Position numbers and translations under genes: made by a program
Assembly: GCF_001194135.2 (NCBI RefSeq)
Contig: NC_068984.1
Coordinates: forward strand, 50,342,207-50,396,240
DNA: 54,034 nucleotides
Source: Octopus bimaculoides
Taxonomy: Eukaryota
Direction: 5' to 3'
Part shown: positions 25,457-37,430 of the stretch, piece after piece
Numbering within the stretch: position 1 is the first letter of the stretch
Layout: every line of letters starts with the position of its first letter
The notes under the pieces: model-generated
What the model was told of the DNA's origin: nothing
The model's input: the letters and a program-made list of their open reading frames with translations, nothing else
Databases searched by the model: none

Positions 25457-26422
25457 NNNNNNNNNNNNNNNNNNNNNNNNNNNNNNNNNNNNNNNNNNNN
25501 NNNNNNNNNNNNNNNNNNNNNNNNNNNNNNNNNNNNNNNNNNNNNNNNNNNNNNNNNNNNNNNNNNNNNNNNNNNNNNNNNNNNNNNNNNNNNNNNNNNN
25601 NNNNNNNNNNNNNNNNNNNNNNNNNNNNNNNNNNNNNNNNNNNNNNNNNNNNNNNNNNNNNNNNNNNNNNNNNNNNNNNNNNNNNNNNNNNNNNNNNNNN
25701 NNNNNNNNNNNNNNNNNNNNNNNNNNNNNNNNNNNNNNNNNNNNNNNNNNNNNNNNNNNNNNNNNNNNNNNNNNNNNNNNNNNNNNNNNNNNNNNNNNNN
25801 NNNNNNNNNNNNNNNNNNNNNNNNNNNNNNNNNNNNNNNNNNNNNNNNNNNNNNNNNNNNNNNNNNNNNNNNNNNNNNNNNNNNNNNNNNNNNNNNNNNN
25901 NNNNNNNNNNNNNNNNNNNNNNNNNNNNNNNNNNNNNNNNNNNNNNNNNNNNNNNNNNNNNNNNNNNNNNNNNNNNNNNNNNNNNNNNNNNNNNNNNNNN
26001 NNNNNNNNNNNNNNNNNNNNNNNNNNNNNNNNNNNNNNNNNNNNNNNNNNNNNNNNNNNNNNNNNNNNNNNNNNNNNNNNNNNNNNNNNNNNNNNNNNNN
26101 NNNNNNNNNNNNNNNNNNNNNNNNNNNNNNNNNNNNNNNNNNNNNNNNNNNNNNNNNNNNNNNNNNNNNNNNNNNNNNNNNNNNNNNNNNNNNNNNNNNN
26201 NNNNNNNNNNNNNNNNNNNNNNNNNNNNNNNNNNNNNNNNNNNNNNNNNNNNNNNNNNNNNNNNNNNNNNNNNNNNNNNNNNNNNNNNNNNNNNNNNNNN
26301 NNNNNNNNNNNNNNNNNNNNNNNNNNNNNNNNNNNNNNNNNNNNNNNNNNNNNNNNNNNNNNNNNNNNNNNNNNNNNNNNNNNNNNNNNNNNNNNNNNNN
26401 NNNNNNNNNNNNNNNNNNNNNN
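25457..26422. other. Largest assembly gap (N-run), between (TA)n and (TG)n
   Basis: Run of n. Other sizeable gaps include 40653-40949, 46611-47248, 49370-49547 and 52836-53117. Confidence 0.99.
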
Positions 26423-26502
<80 letters not shown>

Positions 26503-26642
26503 TGTGCCTGTGCGTGGACGTATGTATGTGTTTGTGCGTATGTTTGCATGTGTGTGGTTTTGTGTTTGTGAGTGTAAATGTGAGTGTGTGTGTGTGTGTG
26601 TATGGGCGTGTGTGTGTATGAATGTGTATGTGCGTCTGAAGT

Positions 26643-26780
26643 TGCGTGGAATAGTGGATAGGCTGTTGCACTCATGGCCGCTAGATCGTGGGTTTGATCA
26701 GCGGACCGGACAGCGCGTTGTTTTCTTGAGCAAAATACTACATTTCCCGTTGATCCAGTCCATTCAGCTGTAAATGGGTC
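26643..26780 (+). mobile_element. tRNA-derived SINE family D, decayed
   Basis: tagtggataggctgttgcactc...gggtttgatc...gttgttttcttgagcaaaatact...ccagtccattcagctgtaaatgggt. Confidence 0.7.
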
Positions 26781-26897
26781 ACAGTGTGATAGAGAAAAGA
26801 ACCCTTCTGATCAAGAGTGGCATCATTAGAAAGTTAAAACGATGCAAAGCGCATTGTGACCAGCTATGTGTAACAGCATCCAACTGGTTGATCACGT

Positions 26898-26972
<75 letters not shown>

Positions 26973-27821
26973 GCACACACACAGATATATGTACATATAT
27001 ATGTATATATGTATGTATGTATATATGTATGTGTGTATTATGTATGTATGTTATACTTGGGGTTTGTCATATTTTGTTAATTAAACATACACACTATATA
27101 TTTGGTTTCACTTTAGCTGTATTATTATATTAGTTTATTTATCAAACCTCTTCCTTCAGACACCTTGTGACCCTATGAGCGACTCTCTATCCCATGCATC
27201 TCCTCTTGACACGTGGACAGAGTGTCGCTGAAGAGGTCACAGGATGAGTGACATAAAACCTTAGACAAAGAAACTAAAATAATAATAGAAATGCTAAAAT
27301 GAAGACCAATTATATAAAGCCTGTGTTCAATTAGCAAATTATAATCATTCCAAAGTATAACAATATCTGTTTCAACACACGGTTCCACATCAGGAATCCT
27401 GCAAAAGAAATGCATAAGCGTATATATATGGATGGACTCTCTCGTCGTGAGCGATGCATGAGGGTTCAATAAAATAAAGCGGTAGTCATGTTCTATGGAC
27501 ACGAATGTGTCTCTTGAAGCCTATTGGTGCCTAGCAAAACTTTTGGCAAATGAAACGAGTTGAGGACTCAGTTTACTCGAGTGCTTGTGGATTATTTACT
27601 ATGTGTTTCTTGAGTGGACGGCAAGGCCTACTTTGCTTCGTGCCACAAAACCACAATGACAGGGATGGTTTCCATTTAAAGGAGCAACGTTTTGCCAGCG
27701 TACCTTCATGCTTGCACGAAGTTGGTTCCGATGTTGGAATCGACTTTGCTTAAATCTTTGAACTGAGGAGAAGTAGGACTGGCGCCAGGCCCTGCGTTAT
27801 GATGCTTTGTTTTGAGCATAT

Positions 27822-27908
27822 AGACAGACAGACAGACAGACAAACAAACAGACAGAAAAACAAACAGACAGACAAACAAACAGACAGACAGAAAACAAAC
27901 AGACAGAC

Positions 27909-27976
<68 letters not shown>

Positions 27977-28001
27977 TTATAAATAGAGAGATAGAGAGAT
28001 T

Positions 28002-28051
<50 letters not shown>

Positions 28052-28065
28052 TAGATAGATAGATT

Positions 28066-28115
<50 letters not shown>

Positions 28116-28120
28116 CAGAT
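27822..28120. repeat. Compound (GACA)n/(GATA)n microsatellite
   Basis: Direct reading. Confidence 0.95.
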
Positions 28121-28914
28121 GTAGTGTTGCTACTACATAATCATCCATGAAAATTAACCATCCACCCCTTTCGACTTCTTCTCTGTTGACTTATGTTATT
28201 TCAGTTTGTTTTGTTCTGTAAATTATCATCACTATTGTTCCAGTTTGGTGTAATAATTTTACATATTTAGTTAAACCTGTAGGCTGAACTTATTATTTAG
28301 TACAATGTCCTCTCTTTATCAGTTATCAGATGTAGAGCATTGCTATTGTGTGTGTGTGTGTGTGTGTGCGCGCGCGCGCGCGCGCGTGTGTGTGTGCGAT
28401 TGAGAGAGAAAGAGAGATAGTGTGTCTGTGTATGTGTGTGAGAGCGTATGTATGTTCACTACCATTATGGTGTACCCCTTTGTGTGTTTGCGCCTGTTTG
28501 TGTAGATGTCAGTGAGCGTACGCTCACTGACATTGGATTATGTGTGCCTGTATGGATGTACTTGTATATATGCGTGCGTATGCATTTGTGTGTTTGTGTA
28601 CGCGCGCTCGCGTGTGTGTGCTTGTGTCTATGTGTGCATGTGTTTGTGTATCAGTGTGCATTTTTGTTTGAATGTGTTGGTGTATATACTTACTACCATT
28701 GTGCTATTGTGCTATGTGCCTAGTGTGACTGTCTTTATGTTTGAGCGTGTACGACTGTGTGTACTTATGATCATTAATGCCATAATGTTTTGTACGTCTG
28801 TATGACTGTGCGTGCGTGCGTGTGTGTGTGTACACATGCACGTCCGTCTTATATGACCTTACGACGAATGTTTGTGTCTGCATACTGGAGAAGGTGGAAG
28901 GTTAGCAAGCAATG

Positions 28915-29000
28915 CCGAATGGTTAAAAAGAATTAGCTTCATAATCATGAGGTGCCCGGTTCAGTCCTACTCTCCCCCAGCTTGGTCGATTATCTTCTGC
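28915..29000 (+). mobile_element. SINE family B-like head remnant
   Basis: atggttaaaaagaattagcttcataatcatgaggtgcccggttcagtcctact. Confidence 0.4.
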
Positions 29001-30258
29001 CGTGATCTTGGATTTACTCACTTCATGTTCAAATTATATAGCTCAAGTCCTATGGGAGACCGTAGTATGTATTGAATATCTAAAACGCAGCGTAACACTG
29101 CGTTTGCCTGTGCATTCCATTAATGGTACATATATATGTGGAAAACAGAGTCACACAATAATTCAATGTATAGGTAGTTCTGGTGATTTAAGGGTATGTT
29201 TCAATCTTATTAGGCCTTATCAGTGAAGCATACTTTACTTACAACTCTGCAGCCCCAGGTTCATTTTTCTCTAGTCAACTTTCCTCTGAAGAAGTACTCT
29301 GTCCGAAACATTGGATTTTCCACTCATCACTGCAAGTTTACTGCAATCCGTAGATTTCTTTTTCTTTATGCAGGAATAATGATCCTTTACCTGTTGCTTT
29401 TAGATTTTCAGCGAGTACTTTTTGTATTCAGCTTACCTGAATAATTTCATTTGACTGACGTTCTTTATTTACAATAATACAGCATTAAGGTATGCTAATC
29501 ATACAGCCTAGTTGTCTAGACTGAACTCTGGTTAAATTTAATACAAGATATTTCATAATCCATTTTTTTATTTTTCAATTATTCAGTATTATATAAATCG
29601 ATGTCATGCTCTCAGAGCCAGAAATCTACTGCTTCCCTAATTGTGCTGAATTAGACAACTCTACAACTTACGACATTTTTAGTATCTCGTGAATGAGTAT
29701 TGTAAAATAATATAAGCTTCCTAGTTTTCTTTCACTTTGTCTCTATATGTAGAATATATATATATTTTTTTTGTCTTCGCTTCGGCAGTGACCGCGGGAG
29801 TGACAGAAACGCACTTCGCCGTTTTTGTGCTTATCAATGCCCTGTACTTGTGTCACTTCCAAAAGAAGGTCAAATCGGCTCATCTCAAGTACTTAGATAC
29901 ACTGTAGAAACAATACACTGGTTTGCAATGGTGCCGTTATGACTTAATGAAGCCTGAATTATGCAACAGAAGCAACTTAAAGATAAAATTTTTATCTATA
30001 AGACATACTTTTTTTTTTCACTTGTTTCAGTTATTAGACTGCGACCATTCTGACAAGCTACAAACAGAACAAAATAAACATTATTTCTCGATCTCGTGGT
30101 CACTTTAGAGTGGATTTCGTTTCGCCTAGCTCCGAAGTATGTTGTGTTTCATAACAAAACAAGTCTATAAAGGGATTACCCCGGAAGAAAATTGCACCCA
30201 CTGTCATATACATAAATATGTTATTCTAAAGCTGCTTCTACTGAACAATTTCAATATA

Positions 30259-30564
30259 GGAGCATGACTGAGTGGTTAGAACGTCGTACTCGCAATGATG
30301 AGGTTGTGAGTTCGATTCCCGGGATGTGTGTTGTGTTTTTGAGCAAGACACTTTATTTCACGTTGCTCCAGTTCACTCAGCTGGAGAAATCAGTTGCGAC
30401 GTCTCTAGGATCAAGTTGTATCAGCCTTTGCTTTTCCATTGGATAAAATCGGTGGCGTGGAGAGTAGAGGCTTGCAGGCATGAGTGACTGCTGGTCTTCC
30501 ATAAACAAGCTGGCCTGGACTTGTGCCTGAGAAGGGAATTTTTTAGGTGCAATCCATGGTCATT
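30259..30564 (+). mobile_element. tRNA-derived SINE family D, near full length
   Basis: A box tgactgagtggttaga, B box gagttcgattcc, then ttgagcaagacactttatttcacgttgctccagttcactcagctg, a post-tRNA conserved block shared with 18378 and 26643. Confidence 0.85.
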
Positions 30565-30591
30565 ATTTATCTGATATATATATATATATTT

Positions 30592-30653
30592 TTTTCATTT
30601 CAATTTCATTTCAAAGTTTCAGCTCAGAGCTGCGGCCATGCTGATGCACCACC

Positions 30654-30655
<2 letters not shown>
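30592..30655 (-). mobile_element. SINE family B 3' tail remnant
   Basis: gctgcggccatgctgatgcaccacc is close to the reverse complement of ggcagtgctccagcatggccgcag. Confidence 0.55.
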
Positions 30656-30656
<1 letters not shown>

Positions 30657-30743
<87 letters not shown>

Positions 30744-30821
30744 GTGTATGTATATGTATATGTGTATGTGTGTGTGTATGCGTGCACGTCTGCGTGTGTG
30801 TGTGTAGATAGATAGATAAAC

Positions 30822-30853
<32 letters not shown>

Positions 30854-30945
30854 GGATGGATGGATGGATGGATGGATAGATGGATAGATACATACATACA
30901 TACATACATTCATACATACATACATACATACATACATACATTGAT
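30657..30945. repeat. Compound (TA)n-(TG)n-(GATA)n-(GATG)n-(CATA)n microsatellite
   Basis: Direct reading. Confidence 0.95.
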
Positions 30946-31502
30946 TGATTGAAAGATAGATATTCTCTAAAAGTACATGCCAAAGTTTCAAAGGATATGA
31001 TACTTAAGTAGAGCAATATAAATATAAAATATAAGTTATAGCTGCGTATACATCTGTGAGAAAGGGAGATTGAAAGAACATGTGTATTTGTATGTATGTG
31101 TGTAGAATACACTTTCTGTGTATTAATGAATTCAAATTATGCGCATATATATATGTGTGTGTATACTTATATGCATACATGTGCTTGTGTGCGTATGTGT
31201 GTGGGGGTGTGTGTATGTCTATGCACTCCAGTCATTTTTAAACACATGGTCTTTCGCACAAAGCACACCTAATTACAAACGAATAGATAGATAGTTACGT
31301 ACACATACACATTGTCTAACTTGCTGCTAAATTACCGATGTATTAAAATGATTTGCAACGGAAATATGCAAGCTTGAAAAAAAAAAAAGAAGTTAATAAT
31401 TCTACAATGTGGTTTATTATATGAGCTGTTAACAGCAAAATAGCAAAAAGAAAAATAATTTTGCAACGCAATCATACTGACCCAGAGAAAAGCTTGAAAA
31501 AT

Positions 31503-31515
31503 ACTGTAGTAGTAC

Positions 31516-31609
<94 letters not shown>

Positions 31610-31666
31610 AGAAGAAGAAGAAGAAGAAGAAGAAGCAGTAGAAGCAGCAGCAGCAGCAGCAGTAGC

Positions 31667-31717
<51 letters not shown>

Positions 31718-31718
31718 T
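31503..31718. repeat. Compound trinucleotide array (TAG)n(AAG)n(CAG)n(TAG)n
   Basis: Direct reading; translates as V-E-A-V homopolymers. Confidence 0.95.
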
Positions 31719-31990
31719 ATGTTTGAACTCGAGTGAACTCTGAAGAATCAAAACTTAAGATCAAAGACATTCTTACTGTGACCCTCTCGAATGTTTGGAT
31801 ACACGTAGGAATGCATTGACTAAATTATCGTTTTCTTGTTTCAGGCGATGGTTTATGATTTGACGGTAACCTGGCAGCCGTTCTTAGCAGGTCTTGCAAA
31901 ACCGTCATAGTTCTCTAATTGTAACCTAACGTAGGAATGACAAAATGTGATGTTCTGAATTTCACTAGTGTAATATTCATCAATTCTAAA

Positions 31991-32074
31991 GCGGTGAACT
32001 AGCAGACACGTTAGCACGCCGGGCGAAATGCTTAGCGGTATTTCGTCTGTCTTCACGTTCTGAGTTCAAATTCC
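31991..32074 (+). mobile_element. SINE family A, 3'-truncated
   Basis: gcggtgaactagcagacacgttagcacgccgggcgaaatgcttagcggtatttcgtctg...gttctgagttcaaattcc. Confidence 0.88.
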
Positions 32075-33144
32075 CCCTCCCACCAAATTTCGCTCCTTGT
32101 GCGTAGAGTAGAAAATAATATTCAGCAACTCTCTTAGACTTATAAAAGTGTGTAACTCTATAAGATATATAAGAGTAATGTCCGTGTTTTTCATGCGTAA
32201 AACCTCAAGCTCGCTCTCAGTGACCAGATGTGTGATGAAACACACTCCATTTGTAGCCATCTATAACCATTCTCTTTTTCTTTTGCCGGGCGTAGTGTCC
32301 AACCATTGCTTTTTTTTTTTTTTTTTTTTTCTTAAGGTTGGAGGATGTGATATGTGTGAAATTTGACAACATGTCGAGCGACCACGTAGAGGTTTTATCG
32401 CTGACTCCGGTTCTCACGTTGTGCTGCTGTGATATGTGGATTCACAAAGGTCCTGAAACTCAAACTGCAATGCTTATATTTTGGGATATAATGCAGTTCG
32501 TGAATAATATAATTTTTTATTGGCGTATAGAAATAGTTCTGAAAGAACTCGCTATTATGCCACCCTATTTGTGCTAATCTCCGTTTAGTCACGCTCATTC
32601 AGAAATTTCGAATTTGCATTGCAGGCTCGAGAATTATTCGTAAAATATGTAGAACATTCATACTTACTTGATCCTAGAAAATGAAGACTAGGCTAGCGAA
32701 ACATTTTTACGTTTAACTATAGATAAAGAACAGTGCTCATGAATTGTAAATACGATCGGAGAGCCTTCGATATGATAACCCTTACTGAGACATCCAGCAT
32801 TTCGATTATTGCCTAATTAAGTTTGGGAGAGAGCACAACCATATGGAACAATAATTAATATAGCGCCAAAATCTAGAAAACAACAACAAAATATAGCTAT
32901 TAAAAAGAGTGAATAGTATAAATTATTAAATTGCGTATTATCCTATAATAGATTTGATCTCCTTTGTTTTGTTTATTCAGAGCTTTCTTTTCTATTCTAT
33001 ATTTTCTGTTCTTACCAATCATTCCAAGGGAAACCCTGATTGAGCAATCCTGTAACCCAAAATGTTCCAGTTATTAACATTGTATACATACATATACACA
33101 TACATATATATACATACACATTATTACACATATTATTACACAAA

Positions 33145-33375
33145 GGCGGCGAGCTGGCAGAAACGTTAGCACGCCGAGCGAAATGCTTAGCGGTATTTCG
33201 TCTGCCGCTACGTTCCGAGTTCAAATTCCGCCGAGGTCGACTTTGCCTTTCATCCTTTCGGGGTCGATTAAATAAGTACCAGTTACGCACTGGGGTCGAT
33301 ATAATCGACTTAATCCGTTTGCTTGTCCTTGTTTGTCCCCTCTGTGTGTAGCCCCTTGTGGGTAGTAAAGAAATA
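33145..33375 (+). mobile_element. SINE family A, most intact copy, with TSD
   Basis: ggcggcgagctggcagaaacgttagc...gggtagtaaagaaata; acacattattacaca occurs at 33116-33130 and 33376-33390. Confidence 0.93.
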
Positions 33376-33483
33376 ACACATTATTACACACATATATATG
33401 TGTGCACGTGTGTGCGTCTGTGTTTGTGTTTGCGTATGTGTGTGTGCGCGCGTGCCCATGTGTTTGCTTTTATGTGTGTGTAC

Positions 33484-33592
33484 GTTCTCTTTCCCTTTTA
33501 ATTTAGAGTAAATTTTGAGAAGTCATCCACTTGGTAGCAAGGTTGTGAAGGATCCTTTAAATCTTCAGACGGTCTTGCCAATTTTTATAGTC
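33484..33592 (-). mobile_element. Extreme 5'-truncated copy (3' tip) of the R4-like element at 47736-48985
   Basis: gttctcttt...ttttaatttaga.taaattt...cc.cttggta.caaggttgtgaag...aatttttatagtct is shared with 47736-47872. The reverse strand reads TIKIGKTV*RFK, matching the ORF end. Confidence 0.75.
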
Positions 33593-33627
33593 TAATGTAT
33601 CTATACAGGTATATATGTATGTTTATT

Positions 33628-33669
<42 letters not shown>

Positions 33670-33671
<2 letters not shown>

Positions 33672-35097
33672 AATAACAGCAGATTTTGCAAAAAAATATC
33701 CTGAAGCAAGCCTAATTCATGGGCAAAAAATATGTGACTCTTGACGAAAAACTTGCCCACATTTGAAATTGAACCATCACCAGAAGATACTAGAGATGAT
33801 ACATCAACCAGCACTGAAGTGACTTCATCATCAACAAATGTCTTCATAGAAAAAAATTCAGAATTAGAGATCCTCAACAATACTCTCTCTGAAATTAGAG
33901 AATCTCCAATAAAAAACAAAAGATAGATACTACCATCATGTATACTGAGGAAAAAAGAAAATAAATCGAAAATGTTTTTGCTCAAAAGATGCAAAGGATT
34001 TCACCTAGAAGGGAAGTCGGTGAATCATCAAAAAAACTAAAGATCATCGCCCTGGAATTGAAATAATCAAATAGTCAAAAAAAAAAAAAAAACTCACAAC
34101 AGCAAAAGATAAGAAAAACTGCAAATTTTAACAATTCTGCCAAAAAGCTGGTCTCTGAGAAAACTCCAAAAGAACTTCAATGTGCTTGACTACATGGCGA
34201 GACAAGCTAAAAGAATTCTCAATGAGCAAGGAATTTTATCACATTCTAGCCATAGAAAAAGAACAATTCCTCAAGAAAATGCCAAATGCGTTTCTCAGTT
34301 TTATAAAAGGAAGTAAACAGAGTTATGCCGAGAGAAAAAGGATTACAAATCAGTAAAATAAGATAGCAAAAGAGTCCATGAGAAAAAGAAACTTAATGGA
34401 AGCCTTCCAATTGTTTGAATGTAAAAATTCTGAAATAAAAATTAGTTTCTCAAACTTTGCAGAGCTAAGGCCAAAAGAATGCATACTTGCAGGTACACAT
34501 AATGTATGTGCATGCACCATGCATCAGAATATCAAACTAATGATTTGTGGCATGAAACTGATTTAACCTAGGATATGGAGTTTCACTTGATTGATTATAA
34601 ATAATGCTTGGAATTAATTACTTGCAACCCAATCAAAAACGACTGCTACATGGACAACTGTAAAATTGTAATTCATTGTTAGAAGAACTTGAAAAATTCT
34701 TATATGAAATGTTTAATGTGAGTATGATTGATGAAGTGCAATATAAGCAATGACTAACAACAGACAAAACAATCCAGAAAATATGTCAAAATCAACAGCT
34801 TAAAGCACAAAAAGTAAAGGATTTCATTGCAAAAGGACTATCTTAATTTTGTACTTCAAGACAAGGATCTTTAAGAGATATCTTAATCATAGCAGATTTT
34901 TCAGAGAATTATTCATTCACCTTGCAAGATGCTGTTCAAGGATTTCATTGGAACAATGCCGAAGCCACTTTTCATCCGTTTGTCTGTTATTATAATCGAA
35001 ATAATGGCGTAACATCAATGTTGTTATTATATTCAACTGTATGAAGCATGATACAGTAGCAGTCTATCTCTTCCAAAAAAAAAGCTGACAGATTTTA
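33670..35097 (+). mobile_element. DNA-transposase relic, most like Sola2
   Basis: KLQILTILPKSWSLRKLQKNFNV..MARQAK.IL.EQGIL, SFSNFAELRPKECILAGTHNVCACTMHQNIKLM, CYMDNC, IDEVQYKQ*LTTD, IADFSENYSFTLQDAVQGFHWNNAEATFHPFVCYY (DFSENY at 34895-34912), CMKHDTVAVYLFQKK. Many stops and frameshifts. The superfamily call is from recalled motif similarity. Confidence 0.72.
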
Positions 35098-35508
35098 GTG
35101 TTGGAGTGTGGCGAGAGTATGATTTTTGTAGAGGACGGATGGTACAGGGACCAAACCTAGGGTGAATTTTGAAGCTGATGCGAACATCATTCGAGCTATG
35201 CTATTGGGATATCTTCCACATCATACAGATGATAAAGGCTTGCGGCGTTGTTGGAGTGTGTATGTACGTTGCATTGATATACATAGGTAATTAAAATATT
35301 TATGAATGAGAAAAGGAAAGAAATGGAGAAATTGACATGAAGACATCAGTTTGTTCAAAGATATTTAAATCCATATGATGAAATCCCTGTCTTACAGCTG
35401 TTTCCATATCCAGTTAGTTCAATTACAGAAATTAAATTAAATTAAATTGATTAAGATTTGTGTTGACATAAAAAAAATTATTTGTCAAAATATATATATA
35501 TATGTATA

Positions 35509-35689
35509 GGCGCAGGAGCGGCTGTGTCGTAAGTAGCTTGCTTACCAACCACATGGTTCCGGGTTCAGTCCCACTGCGTGGCACCTTGGGCGAGTGTCTT
35601 CTACTATAGCCTCGGGCCGACCAAAGCCTTGTGAGTGGATTTGGTAGACGGAAACTGGAAGAAGCCCGTCGTATATGTATGTGTGTGTG

Positions 35690-35752
<63 letters not shown>

Positions 35753-35965
35753 TTATGTGCCTGTTTGTCCCCCCACCAGCATCGCTTGACAACCGATGCT
35801 GGTGTGTTTACGTCCCAGTAACTTAGCGGTTCAGCAAAAAAGACCGATAGAATAAGTACTAGGCTTACAAAGACTAAACTCTGGGGTCGATTTGCTCGAC
35901 TATAAAGGCAGTGCTCCAGCATGGCCGCAGTCAAATGACTGAAACAAGTAAAAGAGTAAAGAATA
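35509..35965 (+). mobile_element. tRNA-derived SINE family B, full-length young copy with internal (TG)n
   Basis: ggcgcaggagcggctgtgtcgtaagtagcttgc...gggttcagtccc...ccttgggcgagtg...gcccgtcg-(TG)n-tttgtccccc...gactgaaacaagtaaaagagtaaag. The head is nearly identical to 53730-53888. Confidence 0.95.
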
Positions 35966-36180
35966 ATATATATAGATATCTATATGCTTTTACATATGTG
36001 GTTATCTTCTGAATATATTTGGTTTTTGCATCTTCATATATCTATATATATAGTTATAAATGCACATATATGTGCGTATGCATATTTCTATACACCAAGC
36101 TTAATCATGTTTATCTGCATCACTGTCTATATATGTGTGCATGGGCGTGTATGTGTGTGTATACATACATGCATACAAAC

Positions 36181-36228
36181 GGTCAGCGACGAGCATCCGC
36201 AACCTACCCGAGCCGTCTTGAAACACGG
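36181..36228 (+). pseudogene. Short 28S rRNA-derived fragment (conserved stretch 3' of expansion segment D2)
   Basis: ggtcagcgacgagcatccgcaacctacccgagccgtcttgaaacacgg contains a one-mismatch version of the universal 28S motif ACCCGACCCGTCTTGAAACACGG. Confidence 0.65.
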
Positions 36229-36654
36229 GTATGGAGAGACAGACATTAAATTTAATATAGATAAGAATAACGGCTCTGATTATTCAACATAAAAGTTATT
36301 TAGAATATTTTACATCAACTCATCTAAATTAAACTGTTATGAATATATAACAATAAACCAACTGTCAGCATGTCAACACATAACTAGCACACCCAAGCGA
36401 TTGCAGCGCTAATTGCAGCACACTAATTTAGTCTCTTATTCTTTCATAATTTTTGTGTATAACTTTTATTCCAAGATTTTATTGAACATTTATATCTCTA
36501 CTACTATCATATTTGATTTCATTGATAAGCTGTCATCCAATTGAAAATAGGGAACATTCTGTTTACGCATATATAAACTATATAATATTATATCCTGTTT
36601 CCAGAATATTTACAAAGAATAAAGTAATGGATGTGTGCGTGTGTTTGTGCATGC

Positions 36655-36733
<79 letters not shown>

Positions 36734-37224
36734 CGTGTGTTTATCTTAGGTCACTCTTAATCTTCTGGTAACGTCCTATATGGTCAGGCTGTCAGTAGCT
36801 AAGCCGGACACACTACAAAGCCCGCTAGGTAAGAAGGCCGGTTTTCGTTGAATACACTGAGGGACGATAAACAAGACATGTCAAAGGGTGAGTGAACACT
36901 ATTGGCTCAACCTCCATGCAGCAGCTGGGAGTGAGAGAAAACTATTCATTATTTGGCGGTATCTCTAGGAGAAAGAAAATACCACCGGACACAATATGGC
37001 ATATATTCACCTCTGCTATCTCTGCTATCTCAGCCTTTGCTGCAGCAACTATTTCCAGATTATTCCCACAAGGATTACTTTACACAGATACTTACTACTG
37101 GAATGAAACTACACTTCAAATACTGTTCTCTCTTTCTTTCTTTTTTCAGCGCATCACACTCTCTATCACTTCATACTAAAACTATCCGCCTATGGATATA
37201 ATAATCGATTCCTTTACTTCTTCT

Positions 37225-37273
37225 GTCTCCGATGAAGGGAAGAACTGGATCTTCCCAGAAACAGCTGTAAGAC
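37225..37273 (+). ncRNA. Minimal type-I hammerhead ribozyme (PLE-type), U4C core variant
   Basis: Stem I GTCT (37225-28)/AGAC (37270-73); core CCGATGA (37229-35); stem II GGGAAGA/TCTTCCC with a 6-nt loop; GAAA (37258-61); palindromic stem III ACAGCTGT; GUA cleavage triplet (37267-69). Confidence 0.7.
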
Positions 37274-37376
37274 TCTATCCATAAAATATTCTTCCAACCT
37301 TACCATTGCTCTCTTTATCTTTTTATTTTTATATATTTACATATATATNNNNNNNNNNNNATATATATACATATAT

Positions 37377-37430
<54 letters not shown>

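Noticed and set aside
25289-26773. Long ORFs (384-494 aa), and similar ones at 40600, 46572 and 52705
   Set aside because: They are open only because N-gaps translate as X and the flanks are dinucleotide repeats.
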